In this document: positions 37,641-50,085 of the stretch, one piece after another
Layout of the letters: each line of letters starts with the position of its first letter
Position numbering within the stretch: position 1 is the stretch's first letter
DNA from: Camelus dromedarius
Lineage: Eukaryota
Assembly (NCBI RefSeq): GCF_036321535.1
Contig: NC_087437.1
Coordinates: forward strand, 19,160,001 to 19,224,000
Direction: 5' to 3'
DNA length: 64,000 nt
Position numbers and translations under genes: made by a program
Notes under the pieces: model-generated
Seen by the model: only the letters and a program-made list of their open reading frames with translations
Told to the model about the DNA's origin: nothing
Databases searched by the model: none

Positions 37641-38869
37641 GCTGATGAGGGAATCACCAGTGAGTAGCTACACTGTACATTCCCCTCTGCGATCAGGATG
37701 GTCTTGAATGTGATGGGAGGGGCTTCCTGTGATTCAAGGATGGGCTTCCTGCTGGTGAAGGAGTTGGGGTGACCCTGTGGCTGAGATCACCAGGCCAAGA
37801 AACCACAGGGAGGGAACCTGTCCTGTGCCAGACCCGCCCAGGCTTTGGGAGTGGAAAGCAAGCATTGTGGTCCAGTCCCAGCCTTTCAGGAGCGTGCAGT
37901 CTGGTGGTGGGGTTGGAGCTGGGCTGACAGGGCCCCCCAGGTGGTGGGTGGTGACCATCACAGATGGCTCAGAATGTGAGAGCAGCCTGAGTAGGAAGAG
38001 CTGGTGGCGACCTTTGGGCCTGTGCTCCAGAGGAGGATGTGTGGTAGTTTCAGCAGGCTCAAAGGGAAGGGCGTTCCAAGTGGAGGGAACAGCAGCACAA
38101 AGGCAGGGAAGCAGGAGCCTGCAGAGCACCTTGGGGTCAGGGTTGCTGTGTGGGCACCCAGCTATGCAGTCCCAGAGCCAGGAGTGGGAGCAAGATGAAG
38201 AGCTGAGCTTGGCATCTGCAGCTGTCAGGGCTGGAGGGTGCCTTGCATCGAAGCCCTCCTCTGCAGAGGACACGGGCCGGAGCCTGGGCCACACTAGGGG
38301 CTTTGAGTGTCCCCATCCCACATGTGGAAGCCTCCTAGAGGGCAGCGGGGATCTTCATACAGGGCAAGCGTGAAGGCAGGAGGTTTGGGTCTCTGCCATG
38401 GCACATGAGGTTTGGAGGGTCCCTGGGTCTCTACCTATCTCTGCCACCTACCAGTCATGGTGCTTTGGGCTCCCACTCAGGCTTTGTTCCGATGGGTTAG
38501 GGCGCTGCCTCCTCACACGATGCCAGGACTCCCAGAAAGGGTAGCACATCAGGCCACAGATATCTCAGCATGGGTCAGTGGAACTGGGCTGCAGAGACTC
38601 TAGCCAGTTCGAGGGTCCTGGGATGCTGGGGAACCCAGTGAGGTGGGGCCTGGCAGGAGGACACCAGGGCCAGCATGGCCCCGAGGGGGCCTCAAGTCTT
38701 GCCTGAAGTGTGGGACAGCTGACAGGCAGCCTGGCCAGCTGTCACTCTGTCAGCCTGCAGAGAGGTGGGACCTGGCTCTGGCCCAGGGCTGGCCTCTGTG
38801 AGTAAACTGACCACAGGGACTTCCATTAATGGATAGCCTCTGCAACCCCGAAAAAGATTGTGGTGGGAG

Positions 38870-39150
38870 CTTTTTATACAATGTGGAACCCTTTCCAAGA
38901 AATGCTAAGTGAATAAAGCAATCCATAGATGAACTATATATATGAAACATTTCTGTTAAAACAAAAACAAAAACAAAAAACTAGTGCAGAGGTGCTTGTA
39001 GATGTCTATAAGTGCATAGAAATGCTGTGGAAGGAGCCATGGCCATCTGATGACAGTGGTGACGCTGGGAAGGGGAGAGGAATGGGTGAGCGGACGTGTG
39101 CGTCCGATGCTGCATGCTGCACTATGCGGTTGAGAGTTTATTTAAAGTAA
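38870..39150 (+). mobile_element. Ancient L1ME/L1MC 3' UTR fragment
   Basis: atgctaagtgaataaagcaa...gcatagaaatgctgtggaagga...gacagtggtgacgctggg. Confidence 0.55.
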
Positions 39151-40830
39151 TGTTGGCTAACACCCTCAGGACAAAAAGCGTGTCCTCCACCCCCGCCTCA
39201 GGACCCCTGTCCCCTACTCCCACCTCAGCACACCTGCACTCAGGGCATCCTTCTGTCTGAGCCGGGCTCCCGTTCCAACTTCCCCACTTGCCAGTGGGGC
39301 AGACCTGGGCAGGGCACCTCCCTGAACCTCCTCTCCCATCTGAAAATGGGAATGATGGTGATAACAACCCCTCCTCGCCGGCCCACCTTGGACGTGGTGG
39401 TCACGTGTGGGCTTTGTGGGCGACCAAAGGTCCAGTGCTTCCGTGTGGCTGCCAAGGACAGTACCAGCTCTGCCCACACCCAGGACACAGCCGAGCAGGC
39501 AGCCCCACAGGAGCAGACACGGCTGCTGCCCACGGAGGCTGCTCTGCTCCGCTGGACCCAGGCAGAGGCTGGTAGAGGCACTGAGGCTTCATTCCTGGCT
39601 GCTTTCTGAGCCAGTCACGTCAGGCCCCACACGGCCTCACTTAGCAACACCTACCTTGACGAAGGACCCTGGGGATTAAACAGGATAATTTACGTGGATG
39701 TGCTTAGCACACAGTGGTGTCACTCTGGGGTTGTGCCCCACCCACCTCCCCACTGATACTTGAGGGGCAGCCCTATTTCTCATGGCAGCCCCACTAGACC
39801 CAGAGTCCAAGTCAGTTCCCACCATCACATGTGCTGGTTTGTGGGGATTAACCCTCGCATGTTGTTCCCCCACACTACTCACTGTACCCTGCTCTGGTGG
39901 AGAATGGAGTGCACAGACCTTTACCTCACTCACGTGCTCCTGAGGGGCACCCCTGTAACACAGATGGGGGCCTTGGGGTACAGGCATGGCCATGGCAACA
40001 GAAGGCATTGTGAAGCCCAGGAGGGTGGGCAACTGCCTGTGGTATAAACGGCAATACCGCCCTGGACACCTGGGTCCCACCTGGACTCTTTTCTACTCCC
40101 ACCTGGCTGTGTTCCTGCCACCAAGTTGCTCATGGGTCCTGTCAAGTGTTGGTCCCAGCTCTGAGCACATGTTACCATTGTGTGGAAGTGTAAGAGATCA
40201 GGATGGAACAAACGCAGTTCAAACTCAGGCAGGGGTTGGGTGGGGGTGGGATCTGGCTCGGGTTGGACTCCCCCTCAGGTTGTCTCACAACAGGGTGCCC
40301 AGCATGGCCCCACACTGCTGGAAAGGCTCCTGCTAGAAGGGCCACTGGACAAGCCCAGCCTCCTTCCCTCTTCCCCTCCTGGACTCCAGGCAGCCTCCAC
40401 CCACACACATTTTCTGGCTGCATTGTTCCTTGGTTTATCTTTGACCTCCACTGCAAACCAGGCTCCCTCTGACAAGGCTTTGAAGTCAAGTGCCTGAGTC
40501 TCCCACTCTGGGGCTGGGCCCAGCCCAGCTGGACACAGGCTGAGTGCAGGGCAGAGGTTGGGGTGCACGCGGCTGGAGGCGGGAGCAGGGGAGGCCCTGG
40601 CCTGGGGGCTGTGGAGGTGGGTGGGGGAGGGCAGGGCTGGTGCAGCAGGAGGCAGGCAGGCATGGTGACCAGGATAGGGTCAGCCAGCCACTGGACATGG
40701 AGACCAGGGTCCTGGTACTCAGGCCCTAACCCCAGAGCCTGGTGGATGGTATTTCTGGGCAACAGCCATAAAAGGGCAGCACAAGACAGGTGTTGGACTT
40801 ACTGCCTAAGTGGCATGTACCAACCTTCAC

Positions 40831-41017
40831 CAGCGGTTCTTGAACTTGAGCTTGCATCAGAGTCACCTGGGGGGCTTGTTAAAACATACTAGTGGGCCCC
40901 ACCCCAGAGTATCTGATTCAGTAGGTCTGGGATGGGGCCCAGAATTTGTATTCCTAACCAGTTCCCAGGTGATGCTGCTGCTGCTGCCTGTCTGGGCACC
41001 ACACTCTAAAAACACTG
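40831..41017. mobile_element. MER5A (hAT-Charlie) MITE
   Basis: cagcggttcttgaacttgagc...atcagagtcacctgg...ccccaccccagagtatctgattcagtaggtctggg...ttcccaggtgatgctg...aacactg. Confidence 0.92.
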
Positions 41018-41129
41018 CCTGAAGTCCTTTGCCTCCCTGCCCTCTGGGGAGCAGGAAGAGCCGGGCTGTGTACAATAAAGGAAGTGAAGGGGGCCTCGGA
41101 AGTCACTATATCAGGGTTGATGGTAAGAG

Positions 41130-41270
41130 TAGCAACATTTGATCTTTTATTGGGCCCCAGTCACTTTACCTACATTATCTTATTGAATTCTTACAAGGAC
41201 CTTGCCAAATGGGATTATCACTCCCATTTTAGAGAAGGATAAACTGAGACAGAATTGAGGTCACATGCTG
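41130..41270 (-). mobile_element. MIR SINE
   Basis: cactttacctacattatcttattgaattcttacaa...cccattttagagaaggataaactgagac. Confidence 0.7.
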
Positions 41271-44200
41271 GCCAGTGTCTGGCCCCAGAGGCCATGTGCT
41301 GGGCTACCATCCTCCAGGCCCCTCAAGACAGGCAGGTAAATGGCCCCCGATCATGGGATCAGTTCAGAGCCTGTTCGTGGAAGGGTCAGTGAAGACGTGC
41401 CTGGGCAAGGTTATCTCTGCCCCCTGATGCTGACCCAGGCCAGGGCCACCCTAAGGCCAGCTGAACTGGCCTAAATTATGAGACAGACAACCATTGGGAG
41501 GAAAGAATGAGGAGTGGTTCCCATCCTAATGCTGCTGGCCTGCTGGGCCACACTGACAGTCCCTGCCCCTTTCTGGACCAGCCTCTGCACTTGTGAGATG
41601 AGGGCTGGGGAGGGCTGGAGCAGGCCCTGTCTTGCCCTAACACCTACAGGACCTGCACTAACCATCTCAGGCTGGTGCTCAGGGGCACATTTTAAAATGA
41701 AGCCAGGCCCTTACTTTCACAGAGCACCACTGCATCCCGCACTGCTGTGCCTTGTGGAGGAGAAGGCTGGGGTGCCCCTGAGGGAACATCTCTCCCCTGT
41801 GTCGGCTCAACACTACCGATAACATCAGGAGCCCTAAGATGTTGGCTTAGCTACTTCCATTTTTTTTTCTTTTAAAGCTGTTTCTGAACCTCCTTATCAT
41901 ATATTTTATTTTTCAGTTGAAAGCGCTCCTCCCGCCTCCTCCAGTCTACTTGGCTGTATAATTCCTGGGCTGAACGTACTCTCAGTGATGTGAGCGTGTA
42001 TATGCGTATCTGGCTGTGCACAGGGACCTGTGGACACGTGTGGGTGACAGTGTCTCTGTGGGCGTGTGTGGTGTCACGTGTGCCCGGGTGCACGCAGGTC
42101 TGGGTACACACAGGCCTGGGTACATATGCATGGGGGTCTGAGCACATGCCTCCTTGCTTCCTGGATGGGCACCGACCTCTAACTGTGAACAGATGTGCCT
42201 TGCAGGGCCAGGCAGGGATTGCAGCTGTTCGGCTGCCAGAAGGCGGCCTGTTCAGGGGGCCCAGAAAGGAGCCTGGAGCACCTTGACCCGGCAGAGGAGC
42301 ACCTTACCCTTGGTGCTGCTTCTGGCCAGGAGGCCGCCTCTCCCAGCCCCTGCTGCTGAACAGCGTGTGGGGGAGACAAGGCCGCCAAGCTGTTTATCAA
42401 GTCCTTTGAAATGGTCGGAGGCTGGCGGCCAGGCCAGCAGGGAAGCAGTGCTTTGTGGGCCTGACTCGGGGGTGACCTGGCTTCTCGCTCCTTGTGTCCC
42501 TCTCTGGCTATGCACCATCCGACCCCAACGATGCAGTTGCCTGAGAAAGGTGGGTCCCTCCTCCTCATTCACTCTCCAACCTTGTGGGGGCAGGAATAGC
42601 CCCTGGAGGATGGAGAAGGGGAGGAGGAGGAGGGCAGAGAGGGCTTTTGCATCCCGGGGCTGGTGGGGGAGAGAAGAGAGGATGGTGTTCCAAGGACCTG
42701 GCTTGGTCTGCTCCCCTCTGTGGTTATGGGTCAGCCCTAACCTCTCACTCTTAGCCCAAGAAAGACCTCTAAAAGAAGACAGAAAATGACAGAGGGTGGG
42801 AGGACATCCACTAGAACGTCCCCTATGTCAGCTCAGCCTTCCATGCCCAGTGCCTAGCAGAGCCCTTGACCCACAGCAGGCACTTAAAAATGTATGTTGA
42901 CTATTTAATAAATATTGTTCAATGAAGAGGGGAAGAGCTAGAAGCCTGGGGGTAAGGGTTGATGGAGAAAAAAGAAGAAGCAGCAACAGCCAGAGAAATG
43001 CCAAAGGGTAAAGGGGAAAACCCAGTGGGCTCTGAGGTTCTACCCAGGGAGATGGGCGATGGGGAGGGAGGGAGAAGAGGCAAGAACAGCCAGCTGTGAC
43101 CAAGGCAGTGGGTGGGGGGAGATTTGCTCCCAAGTTCCCCAGCTACAAATGGGTGCCTTGGAAACCTGTGCCCACCCCCACCGCCACCCAAGTGCCAGCA
43201 CCATCAAGGTCATCCCCAGGCCAGCGGGCTTTATCTCCACTCTCCTCCGCAGCGGGTAGCTTGAGAATGGATGGTGTGAACTATGAGGTTAGTCTGGAGG
43301 TCTGGGTTCTTTGGGGAGACGAGGAGGTACAGATTCCTATTCTATAGCTTCAGAGAAATCTGTCAGCCCTGGCAGGGTGAGGGTCGGGGTGGGGTGTGGA
43401 GTGGCATGGCCACCTGGCAGTGAAGGCCATGCTTGCTCTTAGAAGGGAAGGGCTGTGCTGAGCAAGGTGCCCCCTCATCATGTCACTTCATCATTTTCAC
43501 CACATGTCTGCCCTGGGGGTCCTGTCCCGCTAAAGCAACTGTCTGAGAGAGGCCAGGAGGCTTGTGGTGGGGGAGGGGGCAGGGACGAAGAAGGAAGGGA
43601 CCCATACCTGATGCCAGAGCCCAGGTAGGAAGGCTTCTTGGAGGAGGTGGAGTTTGATTAGATATCAGTGACAGTAAATTGCAGTATCTATGAGAACCAG
43701 TGGGAGAGAAGAAACTCCCTCTGTTTATAGTGAAGAGAGATGTCACGTCTTGGGCTGCCACGGCTGCCACCCTGCATTAGGCTGTCCTCGGCCCCCTGCG
43801 TGGAGCAGGGGAAATTAGAGCCAATCAGTGCAATTTCAAGGCAGCAACTCCTTCCCAGCAGCCAGTGGCCATGCCTATTAACCAGCCCGCAGCCTCACCG
43901 GCCTGCTACCACAAGCAAATGGCCCCTAATGGGGACCAGACCTCCTCGCACCCTCCCACCTGCCTGCCTGTGTATCTGCATGCCTGTGTGCTGGGCTCAG
44001 AGCATTGTCCCTGGGACCCCTGTCCTGCCTGCAGGCCCCAGGGTCCTTTGCCCCTGAGGGGTAGGCTGGGGAACGGGGTGCAGGGAGGGGTGGGAGCCCT
44101 GTGGGCAGCCCCTACTTTGCAGGAAGCAGGGCTGCTCCCCCGTGGGGTGGGCACAGCAGGGCTCAGCTGCAGCCAGGTCATTTGGCTGCTCCAAGCCCCA

Positions 44201-44621
44201 CATCTTCCTCTGCCCACCAGAGGGGCCGGATTTCTCTACCTGTTCTTTGCCAAAGGGAACCAGGGAACCTAGGGAAGCTGGGCACTGGGACTGCTGGAGA
44301 GTCTGCAGTGTCTCCTACTCCCCTCCGGGTCCTCCTCCTGAACCCCATTTCCCCAGCCTTGGCTGGAGCCCTAATCAGCTCTCACCTAAGATTCTAGCAC
44401 TCACTCCTCACGGGTCCTCTTGCTTCCAGTCCCTCTGTCTCCTGGGTCCCCTTCAGCCTTCTGCTGCGGGGAGATTTTCAAAATCACATCCAATGATGTT
44501 CCTTCCTGGCTTTACCATCCTCAGTGGCTCCCTGCTGCCTTCAGGATGAAAGGCCAAGTTCTGAGCGGAGAGGGCTGCCCCCGGGCCCCCTGTCCTGCCC
44601 ACTTCCCAAGCCTCCTGTCTT

Positions 44622-44917
44622 CAGTGAACCAGAACTAGGGTGGGGAGAGTGAGGTGCTTGCCTCTGGCACAAAATTTAAGGGGGTGCCCAAAAGCTCAGT
44701 AATCAAGATAAGTAATGTTTGAGGGCCGTCTTTTTTAGAATCAAAATAAATGCAAAAAAAAAAAAATCCACGTTAAACAAAATATACAAATTTTGAATGA
44801 AGACGTGGACTGTCAGGGGCAGGATTAGAGGGAGGGGAGTAAGGAGAGTCGTGCAAGGGCAGGGTCAGATCCTGTCTTTCTGTGGGTCGCACTCGCCTCA
44901 CCCTTGTGCCGGCCATG
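44622..44917. mobile_element. MER96B-like hAT MITE
   Basis: gaactagggtggggagagtgaggtg...caaaatttaagggggtgccc...ctcagtaatcaagataa; opposite end cactcgcctcacccttgtgccggccatg. Confidence 0.85.
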
Positions 44918-45363
44918 TTCTGGCCGGCTCTGGCAGCCCCTGCCTTCTCCCCAGGCCAGGTTAGGAGCACTTTTTGTCCCCACCCTGTTCCCACCCCACC
45001 TGCCACTGCCAGTCTCTGTTGCCCCTGCTTCTCCGAGCAGAATGCTGACTCTGTTCATCTCTGCATCTTTAAAGCCCATCGTGGGGCCTGACAGAGGTAG
45101 TTTTCATCATCTTTGGCTGACTGACTGACTGACAGAGTGAATGGACAAATGAAGGAGTAGCAGGGCTACAGGATCACATCCCATTTCAACTAAAATGTTA
45201 ATGACCAAAACAAAGCCCTTAAGGTTCCTCAGACCTGATGGGTCCACACGCTACCAGCACCATAGAATAAACGCTGTAACATCGTTGTCCAGCAAAGAGA
45301 TTCTAGCAGTCTCTGAAACTCTTGGCAAGGGAATTTGATCTATACTTTTGATCTAAACTCTTT

Positions 45364-45380
45364 GTGTGTGTGTGTGTGTG
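45364..45380. repeat. (TG)n microsatellite
   Basis: Seen directly. Confidence 0.9.
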
Positions 45381-46189
45381 AATAAAGCTCTTCAACTTTC
45401 TCTAAAGGATGACATAGGAAAAAGGAGACACTGCAGACCAGTCCTCTCCAAATATGGCAAAACCCAACTTGCCTTTATTTTTAGCAATGATTTTTCCCAA
45501 CTGCAAGGAGGCACGGTTCCCTGAACCAGACTTGCAGAAACCCACCAACTTCCAGAAAAGTTTCAACAACTCGTAAAGATTTGAATGTGCGTGAAAACTC
45601 AATGACCCCTTTTAGGGAAGGGCCCCCAGACAAAGCCTGAAACCTGAGCTGGGGCCCAGTTGCCCGGTCCCCAGGACAACTCCCCAGCCAGGCTGGACAG
45701 CGAGGCCCCAGGGCAAGCCTGGCTTTGCTACTCTGGGACAGCCCACCTGTCCTCAGACATTTGGAGAAATTCAGTTCTGCGTGTCTCTGATGTATGGTGC
45801 AGCGGACACTGGAGTGTCCTTGAAAAGTCACATTCCCTGGAAAATCTGACCGAACACTAAGAAGAAAAGCAATTGTCAGTTAACTTCATGGAGATGCACT
45901 GAGAGCCAAGCCCAAAGCAGAGGAGCTGGAGGAAGAGACATTTTAAGTCCCTCACCATTACTGGCCCTGCCGTTGCTGTCTACCTCTCCACACTGGCCGG
46001 GCTCACTTTAACCTGAGCAGGAGCCACCTACAAATAGGATGGCCTGAGGCGGATGCCTGGACCCTCCTCTAGTCAAGTCAGGAGCTCTCAGTGTCTGTTG
46101 AGTCATCTGGAAAGTGGGGATAACGTCAGGATGAGCTAATCAATGCAAAAGCCAGAAAGCCTGCTGCCTGGCCATCTCTGTTTCCAATA

Positions 46190-46870
46190 TGATTTTTATG
46201 GCCTCCAAGATGGTGTCTTGTAATCTTTCTCGGCATCAGGCTCGTTTTTCTCCTCAAATTCCTTCATGTTTGGCTCAGGACAATCTGTTTTTCCTACATT
46301 TGTTAAGTTGCTCGAAATTCCTAATGCTCATTCATGTTCTTTCCAAGGATTAGCAGAACACCCCTTGCTCGTCTTTCATCGCACTCCCTCCGCACGCAGG
46401 GCAAAAATTATATTTGAGTAGAACGCTGGATATCGATGCCCATAAAATGGAGACTTTGGCGACACTCGCTTGCACGGGTCAGAGGGAGAACGAGACTGAA
46501 AAGCGGGCCTGAGCATCTTTAACGATGTGCAGAAAGAGAGGGGCCTCTGCCCGTGTGGGCAGATGTGCACAGCTGTTAGTGGAGAAGCCCCTAATACCGA
46601 GACCAGCGCAGAGTAACGGATACCCTCGAATGCTTCCTAGCAGAGTTAAGAATTTTTTGTTGATCGTGCCTTTGAACTAAGGTCATTTAAGTATACAACA
46701 GATGTTCCTCTGAGGGAAACAGACTTATAAAGTCAGGAACACAGAAGGGACCTAATGGTTTACGGGGGGTGGCGCATTAAGTTCATAGCAGTTTAACTCC
46801 TTTCCATGTTAAACAAAACAATGATGCAATTTTATGCACAATAAAAAACTGTCAAAACAATCATCCTGGG
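46190..46870. promoter_or_regulatory. Candidate conserved developmental enhancer
   Basis: Repeat-free, CpG-retaining sequence with dense HOX/CDX, TCF, SOX, MEIS, E-box and nuclear-receptor motifs (see findings). Confidence 0.5.
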
Positions 46871-47359
46871 CAGTGGAGGTCCTTTCAGTCATTCTTTTTC
46901 TAAAGATAAACTGAGGACACAAGTGACGGCTATTTCTGACTTCTCCATATGGTGGAAGCGGTCGGTGTGGCAGCGTCAGCAATTCAAGGCTGACTCATCC
47001 AGGATGGTGGAAGACTGAATTTTGGGGATAGAGGGAGGAGGCGGGCATAACGTGAAACGCAAGGTCTGTGTGGCTTACTGGCCGCGCTAGCCTTCGGCAG
47101 GTGGAGTCAGCGGTCACCCGGAAGGTGAGATGGGTGAGGAGCTGGGTAGATTCTTCCGCCTGATCAGATTCTTCCGCCTAATCAGCTCCCCCACCTCCTT
47201 CCTTCACGTATCACACTCAACCATTAGCACTTCACCAGTCAGACCATAAATACTATCTGAGAGTCAGGCACATCCGTTGGGGGTGAGCACTGCCCTCTGC
47301 AGGGCCCTCTGTGGAAATGTGGTTCTCGGTGGGGAGGAATCCTGGAGCAGGGCAGAAGC

Positions 47360-47570
47360 CAGGACTTGCAATCATGCCGATCAGAGTTTCAGTCCACGCC
47401 CCTGCTATTTCTGAGCTATATGACCTGGGACAAGTCACTTAATCTCTCTGTGCCTTTATTTCTAGATTTAAAAAATGAAGGTGGTCGTACATCCTGAGAT
47501 TGTTATCAGACTTGAGTGGAAGAATGGGTGAAAATCCCCAGTATGGTTCCTGGCACAGAGTAAGTATTTT
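47360..47570 (+). mobile_element. MIR SINE
   Basis: agctatatgacctgggacaagtcacttaatctctctgtgcct...gttcctggcacagagtaag. Confidence 0.8.
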
Positions 47571-48979
47571 GCCTCCTTTCTTAAGGGAAGAACGAGGCAG
47601 CATCCCTGTCTTCAGGGAGCTTATAGTCTAGATGGGCAAACTCCATGTGCACAAAGACAGATGGTTCTTGAGGGCCTTGAAGCAGAGGCTAACGAAAGCC
47701 ACGAAAACTTAAGTGGTACAGAAGCCGATCAGAATGGCGGGGGGGAGTCACTTGGACCTGCTGATCACGGATCAGTCCCTGGAGGTGCAGGCCTTGAGCT
47801 GGGGCTGGTGAACTTTGGAAAAGGAAAGAGTGTGTTCCCATCAGGTGGACCCTAGTGAGTAAAAGTATGCTGGGTATGTCAAAGGCATGTTGGAGGCCCA
47901 CTGTGAGGCAGCCAGGCCAGAGGGTAGCTGGTGAGAATTAGGAGTGCCAGGGAGGTGGGGTGCAGATTGTGAAGGGCCTCCAATACCAAGCTCAGCTTTT
48001 TCTGGAGGCAGCAGGGACCACTGTAGCTCTGAACTAATGAACACTGATAACATTTGTGTCCAAAGATTTGTCCAGTCCATGAATGGGAAAAGCATGGCCC
48101 TCTCCCCACTCTCCAGTGCCCAGGGCAGACATTGCTAATCAATCTCAGCCTGGAGGCCAGGAGATGACTTGGAAGCTGTTATAATTAATATTCTGTATAT
48201 GCTGGGGAGAAGGTGTGTCTGCTGAGTTTGCTCACAGTCATCTGAGAGCATGTATCTCTCTGCTTTTTATTGTAAGACAGATGGGGAGAAAGGGCTTACT
48301 GTGAATGTGCAGTGGTCTTCATCTTTGCTGCCCCTAGGATCAGATTCTGGGTCTGAAGCCTTCTCCCAGATTTCCTGGTTGTTCTGTGTTCACTGTTCTG
48401 AGCAGTCTCTGGTGCCCCCTGTTGGATCCCAGACCCGAGTCTGACAGCCGTGAGCCCTGACTCACAGGGAGAGGATCTGGGCTGGCAGGGACCCCTGGGT
48501 CCGAGGCTCAGCTGTGAGCGGTGAGTTGTGGTTTCCCATCTGCACCCTCTTTGGCAACAATGCACGTCTGAAAGTTCTGACTGTTTGGGCAGGAGCTTGG
48601 CAGGCTTGGCCTCACTCTGGAAAGGGGATGGTATGCTCCTTAAATGACAAACCATGTAAATCTTTCAGGACTTTCTAAAGTTACTGAGGTGCCAGAAATG
48701 GAAGGCAAGTCTGCTTCACATTGTTGTAATTTCCTTCTTGATTCGTGTTTAGAGCCAATTTTGATCCGCAGAGATGGTAGCTCCCAGAGCTGAGGCCTGC
48801 TCCACAGGAAAGTGAGAAGTGTGGAGGCCACAGGGAAGCAAAGACCACCCCTCAGCTGGCCAGGGCCCCCAGCCTCTGTGAGGGCCCACCTCTGTCCCAC
48901 TGACCCTCAGAAGGGCAGGGCAGCTTTGTTCTGCCTACCCGGAGAAGCCTCAAGAGATCTTTGGAGTGGGAATGCTGGG

Positions 48980-50085
48980 TTTCACGCCTCCTAATACACA
49001 CCTCCAACCATTCCTCTACTTCACAATCACCTTCATCTCTCCTGGAGGCCTGGAACAGCCTCCTCCATGGTCTCCTTGCCTCCTCTCTGGGTCCCCTTCC
49101 TCTCCCCTCTACTGTTTTCTGCAGCAGCGAGGGCGATCTGTTTGAAGAACTGTGCTAGTGAGAGTGGAGACTGATTCGGAATCTCCCAGTGAGGGTGGCC
49201 TTATCACTTTCGTCACCCCCACTTTATAGGTAAGGAAGCGGAGGCACAGAATGCTTAGTAGCTCACCTGAGACCTCGTAGCTACCAGTGGCACAGCCAGG
49301 ACCAGAACCCAGCTTCCCTGGGTCTGGAGTCCGGAGTTACGCACCATGCCACGTGGGCTCTGCTGGTGCCATAGCTCTGCTTACTGCTGATCTCTGGCTT
49401 CCATCGTGCTCAGAATAGCATCCAGCCCTTGCCAGGCCCTGCAGGCTTTGCCTGGGGCCCCAGCTCTGATCTCTCTCTGGCCATTTCCCTCTTGCTCACT
49501 TGGCTCTGGGCAGCCTGGACTAGGGTTGCTGGATAAAATACAGGATGCCCAGTTAAATCTGGACTTCAGATAATCCATGAATCCTTTCTGGGTATAAGTA
49601 TATACCACACAATATTGGGAATATACGTATACTGAAGAAGTATTTGTTGTTTATCTGAAATTCACATTTAACTTGTGTGTGTGTGTGGGCATGTGGGCAC
49701 ACGTGTCACTAAATCTGGCAGCTCTGGCTTGGACTCTTCTGTTCATCTAGCTGCTGAGTGTTGGCCATGTCAGGGCCTTCACTGCCCTTTCCCCACTGCC
49801 TGCAATGTTGGTTCCCACTCTGCCTGGCTTGCTCTTCTTCGGCCATCACATTGAAGCTCTGGTGTCCCCTCCTCAGGAGACCCTCTCTCACCACCAGTCT
49901 AAAGCAGGCTCCCTGTTATTGTGCCTCAGAGCTGCTTCTTGTGCCCCATGTTGTGGAATTACACACACAACCTCCTGAAGCCTGCCTCCCCCGCTGTGAG
50001 CTCCCCCGGGGTGGGGACTGACGCCCAGTGCCAGCAGTGGCCAGGCCCTTATTCCTTGTTAGGTCAGTAAATGTCTGCGCATTTA
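48980..50085 (+). mobile_element. L2 relic carrying inserted MIR (~49200-49350) and MER53
   Basis: tctctcctggaggcctggaacagcctcctc...ctgtgagctcccc...ggtcagtaaatgtctg. Confidence 0.6.
49521..49723. mobile_element. MER53 MITE (near full length, palindromic)
   Basis: tagggttgctggataaaatacaggatgcccagttaaat...ttgtttatctgaaattcacatttaac...ctaaatctggcagctct. Confidence 0.88.

Noticed and set aside
37734..38373. 195/198-aa ORFs on opposite strands
   Set aside because: No domain similarity; partly degenerate L2-like sequence
42154..42789. 211-aa ORF
   Set aside because: Non-ATG start, low-information GC-rich peptide, no recognisable protein
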